DNA from: Bacteroidota bacterium | GTDB lineage: Bacteria; Bacteroidota; Bacteroidia; NS11-12g; UBA955 | Assembly (NCBI GenBank): GCA_030830065.1 | Contig: JAURNR010000053.1 | Location: 8,543 to 72,542 of the forward strand | Reading direction: 5' to 3' | Length of the DNA: 64,000 nt | Shown: positions 28,959 through 38,867 of the stretch, piece after piece | Layout: each line of letters starts with the position of its first letter | Position numbering within the stretch: the stretch's first letter is position 1 | Program-made: the position numbers and the translations under genes | The notes under the pieces: model-generated | What the model saw: the letters and a program-made list of their open reading frames with translations, nothing else | Databases searched by the model: none | Told to the model about the DNA's origin: nothing

Positions 28959-29491
28959 AATGGTTTAACCTCCTCAGTATTTAACTTTTTCCTAGTAATT
29001 TTCAATATTTCTTTAGGTAACTTCACTTTAATTGATTGGGTTAACGCTTCAACTACTACAAGTATATAACTTTCATCACCAAGATAAAATATTTCTGCTT
29101 CGCTTCCTTTTAAAGGGCCATCTAAAATTTCAGCGATGTCTCCAACTTCAAATTGTTCGTCGCCCGCAACATCAGAAATATTATATCCAAACTCGATAAA
29201 ATTTTTAATCAATTCAATTTGTCGTGAGGGTACAATAGCATCTTTTCCGTTATGGCGTATATATTTTACTACTCCCGGAATTTGCAAAATAATATCTCTT
29301 TCAATTTCTGATGGACTGACGAAAATATAACCATTGAAAAGAGGCATCTCAACCCATTTCTTTCTATCCTTCCAAAATCTCAAACTCTTATACAAGGGAA
29401 GATAGAACTCTACTCTTGATTTTTCCAATAATGCAGCAACCTTTTTTTCTTGTCTACTTGCAATGTAAATTACTCTCCAAGGATTTACCAT
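28952..29491 (-). CDS. UpxY-family (NusG-like) transcription antiterminator
   Basis: From ATG 29491 the protein starts MVNPWRVIYIASRQEKKVAALLEKSRVEFYLPLY (NGN domain) and has a C-terminal KOW-like FEVGDIAEILDGPLKGSEAEI. The 22-codon 5' extension in the ORF track overlaps the upstream gene and is rejected. Confidence 0.7.
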   Translation of the reverse strand: MVNPWRVIYIASRQEKKVAALLEKSRVEFYLPLYKSLRFWKDRKKWVEMPLFNGYIFVSPSEIERDIILQIPGVVKYIRHNGKDAIVPSRQIELIKNFIEFGYNISDVAGDEQFEVGDIAEILDGPLKGSEAEIFYLGDESYILVVVEALTQSIKVKLPKEILKITRKKLNTEEVKPLW

Positions 29492-29495
29492 GTTG

Positions 29496-30446
29496 CTAAT
29501 TATTGAATAGATTATTTCTTTCTGAAAGAGTTTTTCTACAATCAGACATAAGTTCATTCACCACTTGTTTGGCAGGAATCAACTCATTTATTTGTGCTGC
29601 GACTTGACCAATTTCTAATTCACCATCATCCAAGTCACCTTCAAACATACCTTTTTTCGCTCTCCCTCTGCCTAACAATTCTGCTAATTCCTCATCAGAC
29701 GCATCCTTTTGATAAAGCTCTTGAACCTTATTGTAAAAGTTATTTTTTAATAATCGAACTGGTGTCAATTCTTTCAATGTTAACTCTGTAGAACCGTCTC
29801 CTGCTTTTATTACAGAATTTTTAAAGTTTTGATGGGCACTACTCTCATTAGTTGCCACAAATCTAGAACCTACTTGAACTGCATCTGCTCCCAAACAAAG
29901 TGCAGCAGCCATAGCCTGCCCAGTTCCTATTCCACCGGCTGCAATTAACGGTATATTTGTATGCTTTCTTATTAGTGGCACCAAAGACATAGTGGTGGTT
30001 TCCTCTCTTCCGTTATGCCCACCAGCTTCAAAGCCTTCTGCTACTAATGCGTCTACACCGGCTTCTTCTGCCTTTTTTGCAAATTTTAAATTAGCAATAA
30101 CATGTACTACGGTTATTCCATTATTTTTAAGAAAAGAAGTGTATTTTCCAGGGTTACCAGCAGATGTAAAAACGATGGGAACTTTCTCCTCAATTATGAT
30201 AGAAATATGTTTATCTATGTCAGGATATAATAAAGGGAGATTGACCCCAAAAGGTTTATCTGTGGCCGACTTACATTTGATAATATGAGATTTTAAAATC
30301 TCAGGATACATGCTACCTGCACCTATTAATCCTAGACCCCCAGCATTTGAAACAGCACTTGCCAATTCCCACCCAGAACACCAAATCATTCCTCCTTGAA
30401 TAATAGGATACTCAATTTGAAATAATTCAGTGATGGAATTTCTCAT
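29496..30446 (-). CDS. fabK: NAD(P)H-dependent flavin oxidoreductase of the nitronate monooxygenase family, FabK-like enoyl-ACP reductase II
   Basis: 316 aa. YPIIQGGMIW, DKPFGVNL, EGFEAGGH and AAGGIGTG align along the full length with streptococcal FabK as I recall it. It sits directly downstream of accA. The symbol is tentative. Confidence 0.65.
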   Translation of the reverse strand: MRNSITELFQIEYPIIQGGMIWCSGWELASAVSNAGGLGLIGAGSMYPEILKSHIIKCKSATDKPFGVNLPLLYPDIDKHISIIIEEKVPIVFTSAGNPGKYTSFLKNNGITVVHVIANLKFAKKAEEAGVDALVAEGFEAGGHNGREETTTMSLVPLIRKHTNIPLIAAGGIGTGQAMAAALCLGADAVQVGSRFVATNESSAHQNFKNSVIKAGDGSTELTLKELTPVRLLKNNFYNKVQELYQKDASDEELAELLGRGRAKKGMFEGDLDDGELEIGQVAAQINELIPAKQVVNELMSDCRKTLSERNNLFNN

Positions 30447-31424
30447 TTATTCTTCTGTGGCTATTGGCTCTACTACTACTCCCATTTTTGAGAATTTTTC
30501 AATTCTCTGCGCCACTAACTCATTGCTTGGTAAAGATACCAATGTTTTTAATTCTTTCTTAATTGCAGACTTTAAAGAGGCAAATGCCATATCAATATCG
30601 TGATGAGCACCACCCATTGGCTCCTTTATAATGCCGTCTATTAAACCGTTTTTTAACATGTCTTCAGATGAAAGTTTTAAAGCATCTGCCGCTAGTTCTT
30701 TTTTATCCCAGGTTCTCCAAAGAATGCTTGAACAACTTTCAGGACTTATTACACTATACCAAGTATATTGCATCATAAGTACTCGATCACCAACCCCGAT
30801 ACCTAAGGCTCCACCCGAAGCACCTTCACCAATTACTATGCAAACAATTGGTACCTCTAAAGTAGACATTTCAAAAAGGTTTTTTGCAATTGCTTCTCCC
30901 TGACCTCTCTCTTCAGCTTCCAAACCAGGAGAAGCTCCCGGTGTATCAATCAATGTAACTACGGGTACACCGAATTTTTCTGCAAGCTTCATTAAACGTA
31001 ATGCTTTTCTATAACCTTCAGGATTTGGCATTCCAAAATTTCGCATTTGGCGCTGTTTTGTATTCCTTCCCTTTTGTTGGCCAATAATCATAACTGGTTT
31101 TCCATCGATTTTTGCAAAACCACCAACTATCGCTTTATCGTCTTTAATTTGACGGTCACCATGAAGTTCAACGAAATCGGTACAGATGTTTTCTATATAA
31201 TCTAATGTATAAGGCCTATCTGCATGACGACTGATTTGAACCTTTTGCCATCCCGTTAATTCACTGTAAGTTTTCTTTTGTGCTTCAGCAATTTTCCCCT
31301 CAATAGTAGATATCATATCCGACATATCTAATTTACCCTCTTCGTGAGTTTTCTTTGCTTTAGCTAATTGTTCATGCAACTCTTTGATATCGTTCTCGAA
31401 ATCAAACCAAAATGAATTTGCCAT
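30447..31424 (-). CDS. accA: acetyl-CoA carboxylase carboxyltransferase subunit alpha
   Basis: 325 aa. [21 protein letters not shown] and [11 protein letters not shown] are typical AccA motifs. Confidence 0.93.
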   Translation of the reverse strand: MANSFWFDFENDIKELHEQLAKAKKTHEEGKLDMSDMISTIEGKIAEAQKKTYSELTGWQKVQISRHADRPYTLDYIENICTDFVELHGDRQIKDDKAIVGGFAKIDGKPVMIIGQQKGRNTKQRQMRNFGMPNPEGYRKALRLMKLAEKFGVPVVTLIDTPGASPGLEAEERGQGEAIAKNLFEMSTLEVPIVCIVIGEGASGGALGIGVGDRVLMMQYTWYSVISPESCSSILWRTWDKKELAADALKLSSEDMLKNGLIDGIIKEPMGGAHHDIDMAFASLKSAIKKELKTLVSLPSNELVAQRIEKFSKMGVVVEPIATEE

Positions 31425-31489
31425 ATGTAAAATTAAAGAATTCTTGCGTAGGATTTACGCTAATAAAAAATTAATGTGTAACTAGATTC

Positions 31490-31645
31490 TTAAACCCAAT
31501 CCATTGCCATTGCCAGACCACCAAAAAACGTAGGTAGACCAAGCCAAAAAGCCTGTGGTAAGAATATTGTAAAGTAGGTTAAAGCTATGCCGCTTACTAT
31601 AAATAGTGCCCAATACTTTTTGGTATTTCTTTTTTCGTTACTCAT
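31490..31645 (-). CDS. possible small two-TM membrane protein (51 aa)
   Basis: Below the ORF-track size cut-off. Hand translation gives MSNEKRNTKKYWALFIVSGIALTYFTIFLPQAFWLGLPTFFGGLAMAMDWV*. It has a charged N-terminus and two hydrophobic segments, and fills an otherwise empty 264-bp gap in a co-directional gene run. Confidence 0.35.
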   Translation of the reverse strand: MSNEKRNTKKYWALFIVSGIALTYFTIFLPQAFWLGLPTFFGGLAMAMDWV

Positions 31646-31688
31646 AGTGTCCGCGAAGATAATAACATTTTTGAACTATTGTTTCTCT

Positions 31689-32723
31689 TTAAACGGATAT
31701 ATCTTTCCAGAATCTACTAAACGATGAACCCAATTGAATTTTTCTACTAAAATCTACCTCCTCACCAATAGAAATTTTCACCGTTTCTAATGGAATATTT
31801 ATCCCCGCAACTCTTGATGCAGATGTGGTACCTTGTATTCTCGGGTTGATTTCTAATAATTTTGGTATCCGATTCTCATCTTCGCGCCATTGAACACCAA
31901 CTGGTCCCTCGAGACCAATCCCCTCAACAAGTTTAACCGTCATTTCTTCAATTTCCTGATGTTCAATAAATATACCTTGTACCGAAATACCACCAATCAT
32001 TTTATCTCTTGTTCTTACAGCAATTCGTTTGACCTTTGTTTGGTGAATTATTAGATCTACTGAATATTCCTTCCCGGGTAAAAACTCAGAAACCAACAAT
32101 GGTTGGGCCCAGCCCAACTTTAAACGTTCAAACCATTCTTGTTTGTTTAGTGGCAATATTCCACTCTTTTCAGTCCAAAAGTCGACTATTCTATTATTTT
32201 CAACAATGCCAAAACCACGCATTCCATTACCAAAAATGGGTTTAAAACATGCATTTTTGCCCGTATTGAGGATTTCCGTCACTGCATTTTCCCATTCCTC
32301 TATGTTTTTTACCACTGCTCCTTGAGGTATATTAATACCTATAGATTCTGCATAATTCCATGTCGCACCCTTATCATTGGCAACCTCAATAGCACGAGGG
32401 TCAGAAATAATTAATTTCGCACCTAGTTGAGATATCCTTTCTTTATTTAAGGATAAAGGAAGAAGTTCTTTTGTTGTAATGGGAAGAATTAAATCAATTG
32501 ATTCTTCTTTAATCTTTTTTGATACCGCATCTAAATACTGAGCATTATCACTAGGATAATTTACAAAGAATTTATCTGCCAGCGAACTACCGTATGCCTT
32601 AGGGTTAATGTCGCCAGCAATTATTTTTATACCCGCTCTTTCTTTTAAGCATTCGACAATTCCTGCAAAGCCAGGAGCTCCTGCACCTGAAGGTATTAAA
32701 ATGCGTATTTCGGGTAAAGCCAT
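31689..32723 (-). CDS. ATP-grasp domain protein (carbamoyl-phosphate-synthase-L-like small ligase)
   Basis: The ORF extends to 32768, but MALPEIRILIPSGAGAPG (ATG 32723) looks like the real pre-ATP-grasp start. The EYSVDL and LLEINPRIQG segments fit the ATP-grasp fold. The substrate is unknown. Confidence 0.65.
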   Translation of the reverse strand: MALPEIRILIPSGAGAPGFAGIVECLKERAGIKIIAGDINPKAYGSSLADKFFVNYPSDNAQYLDAVSKKIKEESIDLILPITTKELLPLSLNKERISQLGAKLIISDPRAIEVANDKGATWNYAESIGINIPQGAVVKNIEEWENAVTEILNTGKNACFKPIFGNGMRGFGIVENNRIVDFWTEKSGILPLNKQEWFERLKLGWAQPLLVSEFLPGKEYSVDLIIHQTKVKRIAVRTRDKMIGGISVQGIFIEHQEIEEMTVKLVEGIGLEGPVGVQWREDENRIPKLLEINPRIQGTTSASRVAGINIPLETVKISIGEEVDFSRKIQLGSSFSRFWKDISV

Positions 32724-32821
32724 GAACAAAAATACGTTTTCCTCGATGTATTCAATGGTTTTTTCCATGAATTATAGTATTGAAATTCAACAGTTGGGAT
32801 TATCAAACTAATGTCAATGCG

Positions 32822-32829
32822 TATCTTTG
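32822..32829 (+). promoter_or_regulatory. candidate -7 promoter box TATCTTTG for asnS
   Basis: Exact TAnnTTTG, 9 nt upstream of ATG 32839. It overlaps the TTG used as the start in the ORF track, which argues for the ATG. Confidence 0.35.
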
Positions 32830-32838
32830 CACCTTCTT

Positions 32839-34365
32839 ATGAGCCAAATTGTAAATATATCAGATTTGTCCAGTCACGTAGGAGCTTCAGTAACCTTAAA
32901 AGGTTGGGTATCTAATAAACGTGAAGGAAAAGGTATTGCCTTTATCATCTTGAGGGATGGAACAGGGTTTTGTCAATGTGTAGTCACTGAGGAATTTTCA
33001 AATCTTCAAAATTTACAAAATGCCCAAAATACTTCGTTAGAAACTAGTGTTGTCATTGAAGGTGAAATTAAAGCTGATGAGAAACAATTAGGTGGTGTAG
33101 AAGTTCAAGTTAAGACCTTGGAAATTGTTGGTGAGAGTATTGATTACCCTATTTCAAAGAAAGAACATGGTGTAGAATTCTTAATGGACCAAAGACATTT
33201 GTGGCTGCGTAGCACGCGTCAGTGGGCAATAATGCGAATCCGTAATACCATTATTTTTTCTATCCATAAATATTTTCAGGAAGAGGGTTTCGTACAAATG
33301 GATGCTCCTATCTTTACAGGTAATGCATGTGAAGGAACCAGTACCTTATTTGAAACAGATTTTTATGGTGCCCCTGCATATTTAAGTCAAAGCGGGCAGT
33401 TATATGGAGAGGCTATGGCAATGGCAATGGGTAAAATTTATACATTTGGACCTACCTTCCGAGCTGAAAAATCAAAAACCCGGAGACACCTTTCCGAGTT
33501 TTGGATGATAGAACCGGAAATGGCTTTCTACGATATTTTTATGAATATGGATACCATTGAAGGAATGCTTCAACGAGTAATTAAAGATGTCCTAGTTAAT
33601 TGCCAAGAGGAATTAAAAACTATTGGAAGAGATACTTCTGTATTAGAAAGTTCACTAAAATCATTCCCTAGAATGACTTATGATGAAGCCGTACAAATTA
33701 TAATAGGTGAAAAAGAGGTAAACGGTGTTCGGAGTATAGATATGCTTGAAGATGAATTAAAAAACACCGAAGCAAAATTAGCCGAAATTAATTCTGAAAT
33801 CGACGATAAAGAGTCTCAAATTGCTACGGGAGGATTAAAGAAAGGACAAATTAATTTCTTTACTAATAAAATCAACCAATTGAAGCAAGAAAGATCAGAC
33901 GTAGAGGAAGACCTAAGAAATATTCCTCAATGGTTAGATAGTGCAAGAAACTTTGAATACGGTAATGACTTTGGAGGCAGTGACGAAACTGTATTGACTA
34001 AATTGTTTGATTCTCCTGTTATGGTTTATGATTGGCCTCATGAGGTTAAGGCATTTTATTTAAAAAGAAATCCTGATGATTCTCGCTTTGCAAGAGGAGT
34101 AGATGTTTTGGCCCCCGAAGGATATGGTGAAATAGTTGGCGGAGGAGAGCGTGAAACAGATGTTAATCTTTTAGTTGAAAAAATACACGAACATGAACTT
34201 CCAATGAGTGCTTTTGAATGGTATTTAGATTTGAGGAAATATGGCTCAGTACCACACAGTGGATTTGGTTTAGGGCTAGAGCGTGTGGTAACTTGGATAT
34301 GTAAATTAAAACATGTTAGAGAGTCAATTCCGTTCCCGAGAATGTATGGAAGATTAACTCCTTAA
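32839..34365 (+). CDS. asnS: asparagine--tRNA ligase (with a large internal coiled-coil insertion)
   Basis: Class IIb motifs FRAEKSKTRRHLSEFWMIEPE (motif 2) and GFGLGLERVVTW (motif 3), with an N-terminal OB anticodon-binding domain. I prefer ATG 32839 (MSQIVN...) to the TTG at 32827. Confidence 0.93.
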   Translation: MSQIVNISDLSSHVGASVTLKGWVSNKREGKGIAFIILRDGTGFCQCVVTEEFSNLQNLQNAQNTSLETSVVIEGEIKADEKQLGGVEVQVKTLEIVGESIDYPISKKEHGVEFLMDQRHLWLRSTRQWAIMRIRNTIIFSIHKYFQEEGFVQMDAPIFTGNACEGTSTLFETDFYGAPAYLSQSGQLYGEAMAMAMGKIYTFGPTFRAEKSKTRRHLSEFWMIEPEMAFYDIFMNMDTIEGMLQRVIKDVLVNCQEELKTIGRDTSVLESSLKSFPRMTYDEAVQIIIGEKEVNGVRSIDMLEDELKNTEAKLAEINSEIDDKESQIATGGLKKGQINFFTNKINQLKQERSDVEEDLRNIPQWLDSARNFEYGNDFGGSDETVLTKLFDSPVMVYDWPHEVKAFYLKRNPDDSRFARGVDVLAPEGYGEIVGGGERETDVNLLVEKIHEHELPMSAFEWYLDLRKYGSVPHSGFGLGLERVVTWICKLKHVRESIPFPRMYGRLTP

Positions 34366-34384
34366 TTGCATCATAATCATTAAT

Positions 34385-34416
34385 AAAAAAAGGGCTTCAA
34401 GTTGAAGCCCTTTTTT
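34385..34416. terminator. bidirectional intrinsic terminator between asnS and susD-like gene
   Basis: A-run, GGGCTTC...GAAGCCC hairpin, then T6. Confidence 0.65.
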
Positions 34417-34434
34417 ATTACATCAATATCAAGA

Positions 34435-35823
34435 TTACTGATAGTACTCCAATGGAGCAAATAAATCAGTTCCTTCAGAAGGAATTAAAACATTCTTTCT
34501 AGCGTTAATCTCAGATTGAGGAATTAAGTAACGAGCCGGCAACTTGTCGCCAATGTTTACCGGTACACCTTGAGCATTACCCGTTCTTCTAACGTCATTA
34601 AATGTTTCACACTGTCCGAACAAACTTACATACTTTTCCATCATGATTTCCTGTAGTAATGCATCAGAAGCTGTTGCTCCGTCAACCATTGCACCAGGAC
34701 CAAAGTCTGCAATATCGTAAGCAGCAAAACCTCCAAACATATTATTATTGTAATCACGAACATTGTTTAGGTGCGTTAATGCAGTTGCATCATCACTAGT
34801 TCTAGCAGCACACTCAGCCAAAATAAGTTCGTTCTCTACATAAGTTACTAAATCATAATGACTAGAAGCGTAGAAAATTCCGAACATATTTGGATCAAGG
34901 GATGTGTAATAATCTGGTAAGAAGTAATAATCATAACGACCCATTTCTTGGGTTTTATCATTAATACGACCTTGAGGGTTTACTACCATTGTTCCTGTTC
35001 CATCATCAATTGAATCTGTTAACATTCCAACGATATAAGCACCATCACAACTTAAGTAACCCCCTCTATTCCAGTACAAGAAATCAAAGTAAAGATTCCA
35101 AGCACCTGGAGTTTCTTGAGTATGATCAGCTTTAAGATCCATATTCATTTGAACACCATTCGCTGCTGCTGCTGCTGCACCTGCATAATCTTTATTTCTC
35201 AACAAAGCTCGTGCCTTTAAAGTGCTAGCCACTTGGCCCCAGTCGAATCCGGCAACATAAGCATCACCATATGCACTACTACCTGTCATAGATGGAATTA
35301 CTTCATCTAATAAACCAATGCAATAGTTATGAACGTCGCTCATTTTATCGAACTTAGGTTCAAGAATTTCATCATTACAAGCTTCTGATGCAGGTATATC
35401 ACCAAACAAACCTGAAGCTGTTAATAATAAATGTGCCTCTGTAATAGCTGCAGCACCATATAACTCGGTGTTACCTGAAGCCGTTGCTTTTTCCTTGATA
35501 ATTTTACATTGAGCAATACCTTCAGCATATAATGTACCCCAAATATTATCGAAATCTCCTGCAGTCATTTTATACTGTTGATATGAAATGTATTGACGAT
35601 CATATCCCGTAAAATAACCAGAGAAAATTCCAGCCATACGCGCAGCTTCTCCTTCTTGGAAAAGCACATTGGCCATTTGCGCTCCTGTAATCATAAGAGA
35701 TCCGTCAGCATTACTAAACTGGTTTGGATTCTCCTGATTAATTGTATCAATGTCCTTCTGACAAGAGTTCAACGTGAAAAGCGTCAAACCAAGAGCCAAA
35801 GGAAGTATTCTAAATTTTTTCAT
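34435..35823 (-). CDS. SusD/RagB-family nutrient-binding outer-membrane lipoprotein
   Basis: 462 aa. Lipoprotein signal (LTLFTLNSCQKD), TPR-like helical composition and position directly downstream of the SusC-like gene. Confidence 0.82.
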   Translation of the reverse strand: MKKFRILPLALGLTLFTLNSCQKDIDTINQENPNQFSNADGSLMITGAQMANVLFQEGEAARMAGIFSGYFTGYDRQYISYQQYKMTAGDFDNIWGTLYAEGIAQCKIIKEKATASGNTELYGAAAITEAHLLLTASGLFGDIPASEACNDEILEPKFDKMSDVHNYCIGLLDEVIPSMTGSSAYGDAYVAGFDWGQVASTLKARALLRNKDYAGAAAAAANGVQMNMDLKADHTQETPGAWNLYFDFLYWNRGGYLSCDGAYIVGMLTDSIDDGTGTMVVNPQGRINDKTQEMGRYDYYFLPDYYTSLDPNMFGIFYASSHYDLVTYVENELILAECAARTSDDATALTHLNNVRDYNNNMFGGFAAYDIADFGPGAMVDGATASDALLQEIMMEKYVSLFGQCETFNDVRRTGNAQGVPVNIGDKLPARYLIPQSEINARKNVLIPSEGTDLFAPLEYYQ

Positions 35824-35834
35824 TTTTCTGTTCT

Positions 35835-38800
35835 TTAAATTTTAACACTTAAGTTGAAGATGTACGATTTTGTACCTGGATTGTTGAAGTAGTCTAAACC
35901 TCTACCATTGGAAACACCAGTAAGGTTAGTTTCAGGATCAACACCCAATTCAGGTGCATTTGTCCATAACGCTAAGTTACGTCCAGTGAATCCAATTGAA
36001 GCTCCAGGAATATGTAAAGCTTTACAAATGCTTGCAGGTAATTGATAAGAAAGACTAAGCTCTCTTAAACGCACCCAAGATGCATCATAAATGAACTGCT
36101 CCGCAACTGGACCACATCCACCACCAAGACCTGTGTACCAAGCCTGATCTAATAATACATTACCAGCACCGAAATCTTTAATATTACCACGTACAGTGTA
36201 TGTACCGTCAGCATTAGCAGCAGCTAAACCATCTATAGATTGACCATAGATATTTTTAATATTTGCCGCATCAGCTGCACTTACCGTTACTTCGTTTGCA
36301 GTTTCTTCGGCAACACCAAAGTAGTTCAATACTCCGTATGTACCACCCCACATTTGATTACCTTGACAAGCTTCAAATAATACATTTACGCTTAAGCCTT
36401 TATATGTGAAGTTTGTCCCAATGGCACCTCTCCAAGATGGGTTTGGATCTCCCAATACACCTTCTTCTGGAGATGCTTGAGGGAATCCATTTGCATCAAG
36501 AATTAAATTACCTGACTCATCACGCAACCACTGACCACCCCATAGAGCGCCCATTGCTTGTCCTTGAACTGCACGTGAAGATGTTCCAGTAAATCCAGCT
36601 AAGAATAAAGAATTAGAACCTGTTAAGCTGTCAACCATATTTTTGTTAGAACCTAAGTTTCCGTAAATATTCCATGAGAAATCGTCGGTCTTCATTACGT
36701 TCACATTAAGATCTAATTCAAAACCTCTGTTGCTTAAGTATGCTGCATTGTCCCAAGTACTGGTGTAACCTGTAGATGCAGGAACATCAACCGCTAAAAC
36801 AGCACCGTCGATATTGTTCATGTAGTATGTAGCACCAAATGAGATTTTACCATCTAAGAATTTCAAGTCAACCCCGAATTCTGTTTCACGCTTAATCTCA
36901 GGACGAATATCTGGGTTACCTCTAACAGTACTTCTATAGATAGAACCACCATAGTAAGAAGCATCCATAATTTCACCCCATCCAGAAGCAGAACCTGCGC
37001 TAACATAATTTGTTCCCCAGATATATGCCGGCGGAGCAATACCCACTTGACCCCAAGATGCTCTCAATTTTGCATAAGAAACTGTTGGAATTTCTACGTC
37101 TTTAGATAACTCATAACTCAATGAAGCGCTTGGAGAATAAAAACGATCTGAGAATGTACTTGCTTGTTCAGCAGCAGTTGCTAAAGAAACAAATAATTTA
37201 TCGTTGTATGCAAAGTCAGCAATTCCATAAACACGATTATTCAGGATTTGAGCTCTTGAAACTCCAGGGTTCATGTTTTCCGTAGTTGAATTGTTAAATG
37301 CAAATCTGTCTTGGTCACGTACAATAAAGTTTAAAGCACTACCACCTATAGAATGAGATCTTCTATCAGTTGCTAAATAACCTAAAGTTACATTCGCTGA
37401 TAAGTTATCACTAATCTTATGGCTAGACTGATTGATGAAATGTGCACTTAATTCAGACTCAGTAATTACACTTTCACCATATTGTCCATTTGAAGTACTT
37501 GCTCCTGAGTTGAATGGGAAGTAAGTTATACGCTGATCAGCTGAGTTGTCATAACCAATACGAGCAATAAAAGTAGAGTTTTCCATCCATTTGTAAGAAA
37601 CTTCAGGTGTTAAAATAAAACGAGTTACATCAGACGTATTTACCTGACGATTCAAAGTCCATCCTGGATTATTGTAAACAGGGGCTGCATCACCCATATA
37701 ACGACGATATCCACGATGAGCTCCAAATGAAGCTTCACCTGCAGCGTTATAATAAGTACCGGAATAAATGGTATTATCAAAATCTGCTGGTGTTCTTAAA
37801 TAACCTAAATATAATCCGTTTAAGTTAGAACCCATCTGAATACGATTAGACGAAACTTTCGCCATCGTACTCTTTAGGCTTAATTTTAATTTATCACTTG
37901 CGTTGTAATCAAAATTTAAACGACCTGTAGTTCTACGGTAGTCAGAATTACCATTCATTATACCTTGTTGATTCCAATCTGATACTGAAAAATATACCCC
38001 TCCTTTTTCGTTTGCAGAAGAAATTGAAAGGTTATTGTTCCATGTAGTACCATTGCGGAATACCTGATTTCTGTTTGCGTCGTTGTAAACCGTTTGGTCT
38101 CCTTTATCGACGATTGGATATATTTTGGTACCATCATCTGCCAAGAAATAATCACCTGTTTCGTCAACCTGGTCTGTACCTGAACGATCTGCTAAACGAT
38201 CACCCCAACTCAAAGCGTTATTTGCTGCCCAAGCTCCACCAGAACCTTGACCATATTTACTCTGCTTAGTATACTCGCGATTTACTTGATCAATTGCTAA
38301 TTGACTTGAGAACTCAATGTGCAACCCTGATTTACCTTTCTTAGTGGTAATCATGATTACACCATTTGCAGCACGCGTTCCCCAAATAGCAGCCGCAGCG
38401 GCACCTTTAAGAATTTGTATGTCTGCAATGTCTGCAGGGTTAATGTCGTTCAAACGAGACTGCTGAACAACCCCATCAGGACCTCCTCCGATTGAAGAGT
38501 TACTAACAGGCACACCGTCAACAACAATAAGTGGTTGGTTGGAACCTGTAATGGTGTTTTGACCACGAATTTGAATGTAAGCACCAGCTCCAGGATCACC
38601 CGTTGAACGCGTAATTTGAACGTTCGACGCTTTACCTGTCATGGCTTGAATAAGTCCACTTTCACCCGAGGTTTGAATGTTTTTACTCTTAATTTGAGAA
38701 ACACCAAAACCTGCTTTCCGAGCGTCAATGGTAAGACCGGTAGCAGTAACTGTTACTTCACCGACCTTTACTGTGTCAGAATCAACCTGAGCTTTAACGG

Positions 38801-38867
38801 AATCAACCGTCATCAAACCCAGTCCGATTAGACCCAATACCGAAAGTTTTTGTAATGTTTTTTTCAT
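35835..38867 (-). CDS. SusC/RagA-family TonB-linked outer-membrane transporter
   Basis: 1010 aa with a signal peptide, a plug region (IQILKGAAAAAIWGTRAANGVIMITTKKG) and a C-terminal barrel ending in YIFNLSVKI. It has no N-terminal carboxypeptidase-regulatory-like or STN extension. Confidence 0.9.
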   Translation of the reverse strand: MKKTLQKLSVLGLIGLGLMTVDSVKAQVDSDTVKVGEVTVTATGLTIDARKAGFGVSQIKSKNIQTSGESGLIQAMTGKASNVQITRSTGDPGAGAYIQIRGQNTITGSNQPLIVVDGVPVSNSSIGGGPDGVVQQSRLNDINPADIADIQILKGAAAAAIWGTRAANGVIMITTKKGKSGLHIEFSSQLAIDQVNREYTKQSKYGQGSGGAWAANNALSWGDRLADRSGTDQVDETGDYFLADDGTKIYPIVDKGDQTVYNDANRNQVFRNGTTWNNNLSISSANEKGGVYFSVSDWNQQGIMNGNSDYRRTTGRLNFDYNASDKLKLSLKSTMAKVSSNRIQMGSNLNGLYLGYLRTPADFDNTIYSGTYYNAAGEASFGAHRGYRRYMGDAAPVYNNPGWTLNRQVNTSDVTRFILTPEVSYKWMENSTFIARIGYDNSADQRITYFPFNSGASTSNGQYGESVITESELSAHFINQSSHKISDNLSANVTLGYLATDRRSHSIGGSALNFIVRDQDRFAFNNSTTENMNPGVSRAQILNNRVYGIADFAYNDKLFVSLATAAEQASTFSDRFYSPSASLSYELSKDVEIPTVSYAKLRASWGQVGIAPPAYIWGTNYVSAGSASGWGEIMDASYYGGSIYRSTVRGNPDIRPEIKRETEFGVDLKFLDGKISFGATYYMNNIDGAVLAVDVPASTGYTSTWDNAAYLSNRGFELDLNVNVMKTDDFSWNIYGNLGSNKNMVDSLTGSNSLFLAGFTGTSSRAVQGQAMGALWGGQWLRDESGNLILDANGFPQASPEEGVLGDPNPSWRGAIGTNFTYKGLSVNVLFEACQGNQMWGGTYGVLNYFGVAEETANEVTVSAADAANIKNIYGQSIDGLAAANADGTYTVRGNIKDFGAGNVLLDQAWYTGLGGGCGPVAEQFIYDASWVRLRELSLSYQLPASICKALHIPGASIGFTGRNLALWTNAPELGVDPETNLTGVSNGRGLDYFNNPGTKSYIFNLSVKI

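Noticed and set aside
29492-29557. N-terminal extensions proposed by the ORF track: UpxY-like 29492-29557, FKBP-like 3295-3318, lipoprotein 50542-50586, ATP-grasp 32724-32768, asnS 32827-32838 and rfbD 19814-19816.
   Set aside because: The extensions start at non-ATG codons or overlap the upstream gene, and they add residues with no signal or domain logic. Internal ATGs give canonical N-termini, and for asnS the ATG sits correctly downstream of a promoter box.
31490-32768. ATP-grasp ligase followed by a 51-codon ORF, considered as a graspetide/microviridin-type RiPP cluster.
   Set aside because: The small ORF encodes two hydrophobic TM-like segments. It lacks the Thr/Ser plus Asp/Glu/Lys-rich core and leader architecture of ATP-grasp-modified peptides. 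No protease/exporter or acetyltransferase partner is nearby.
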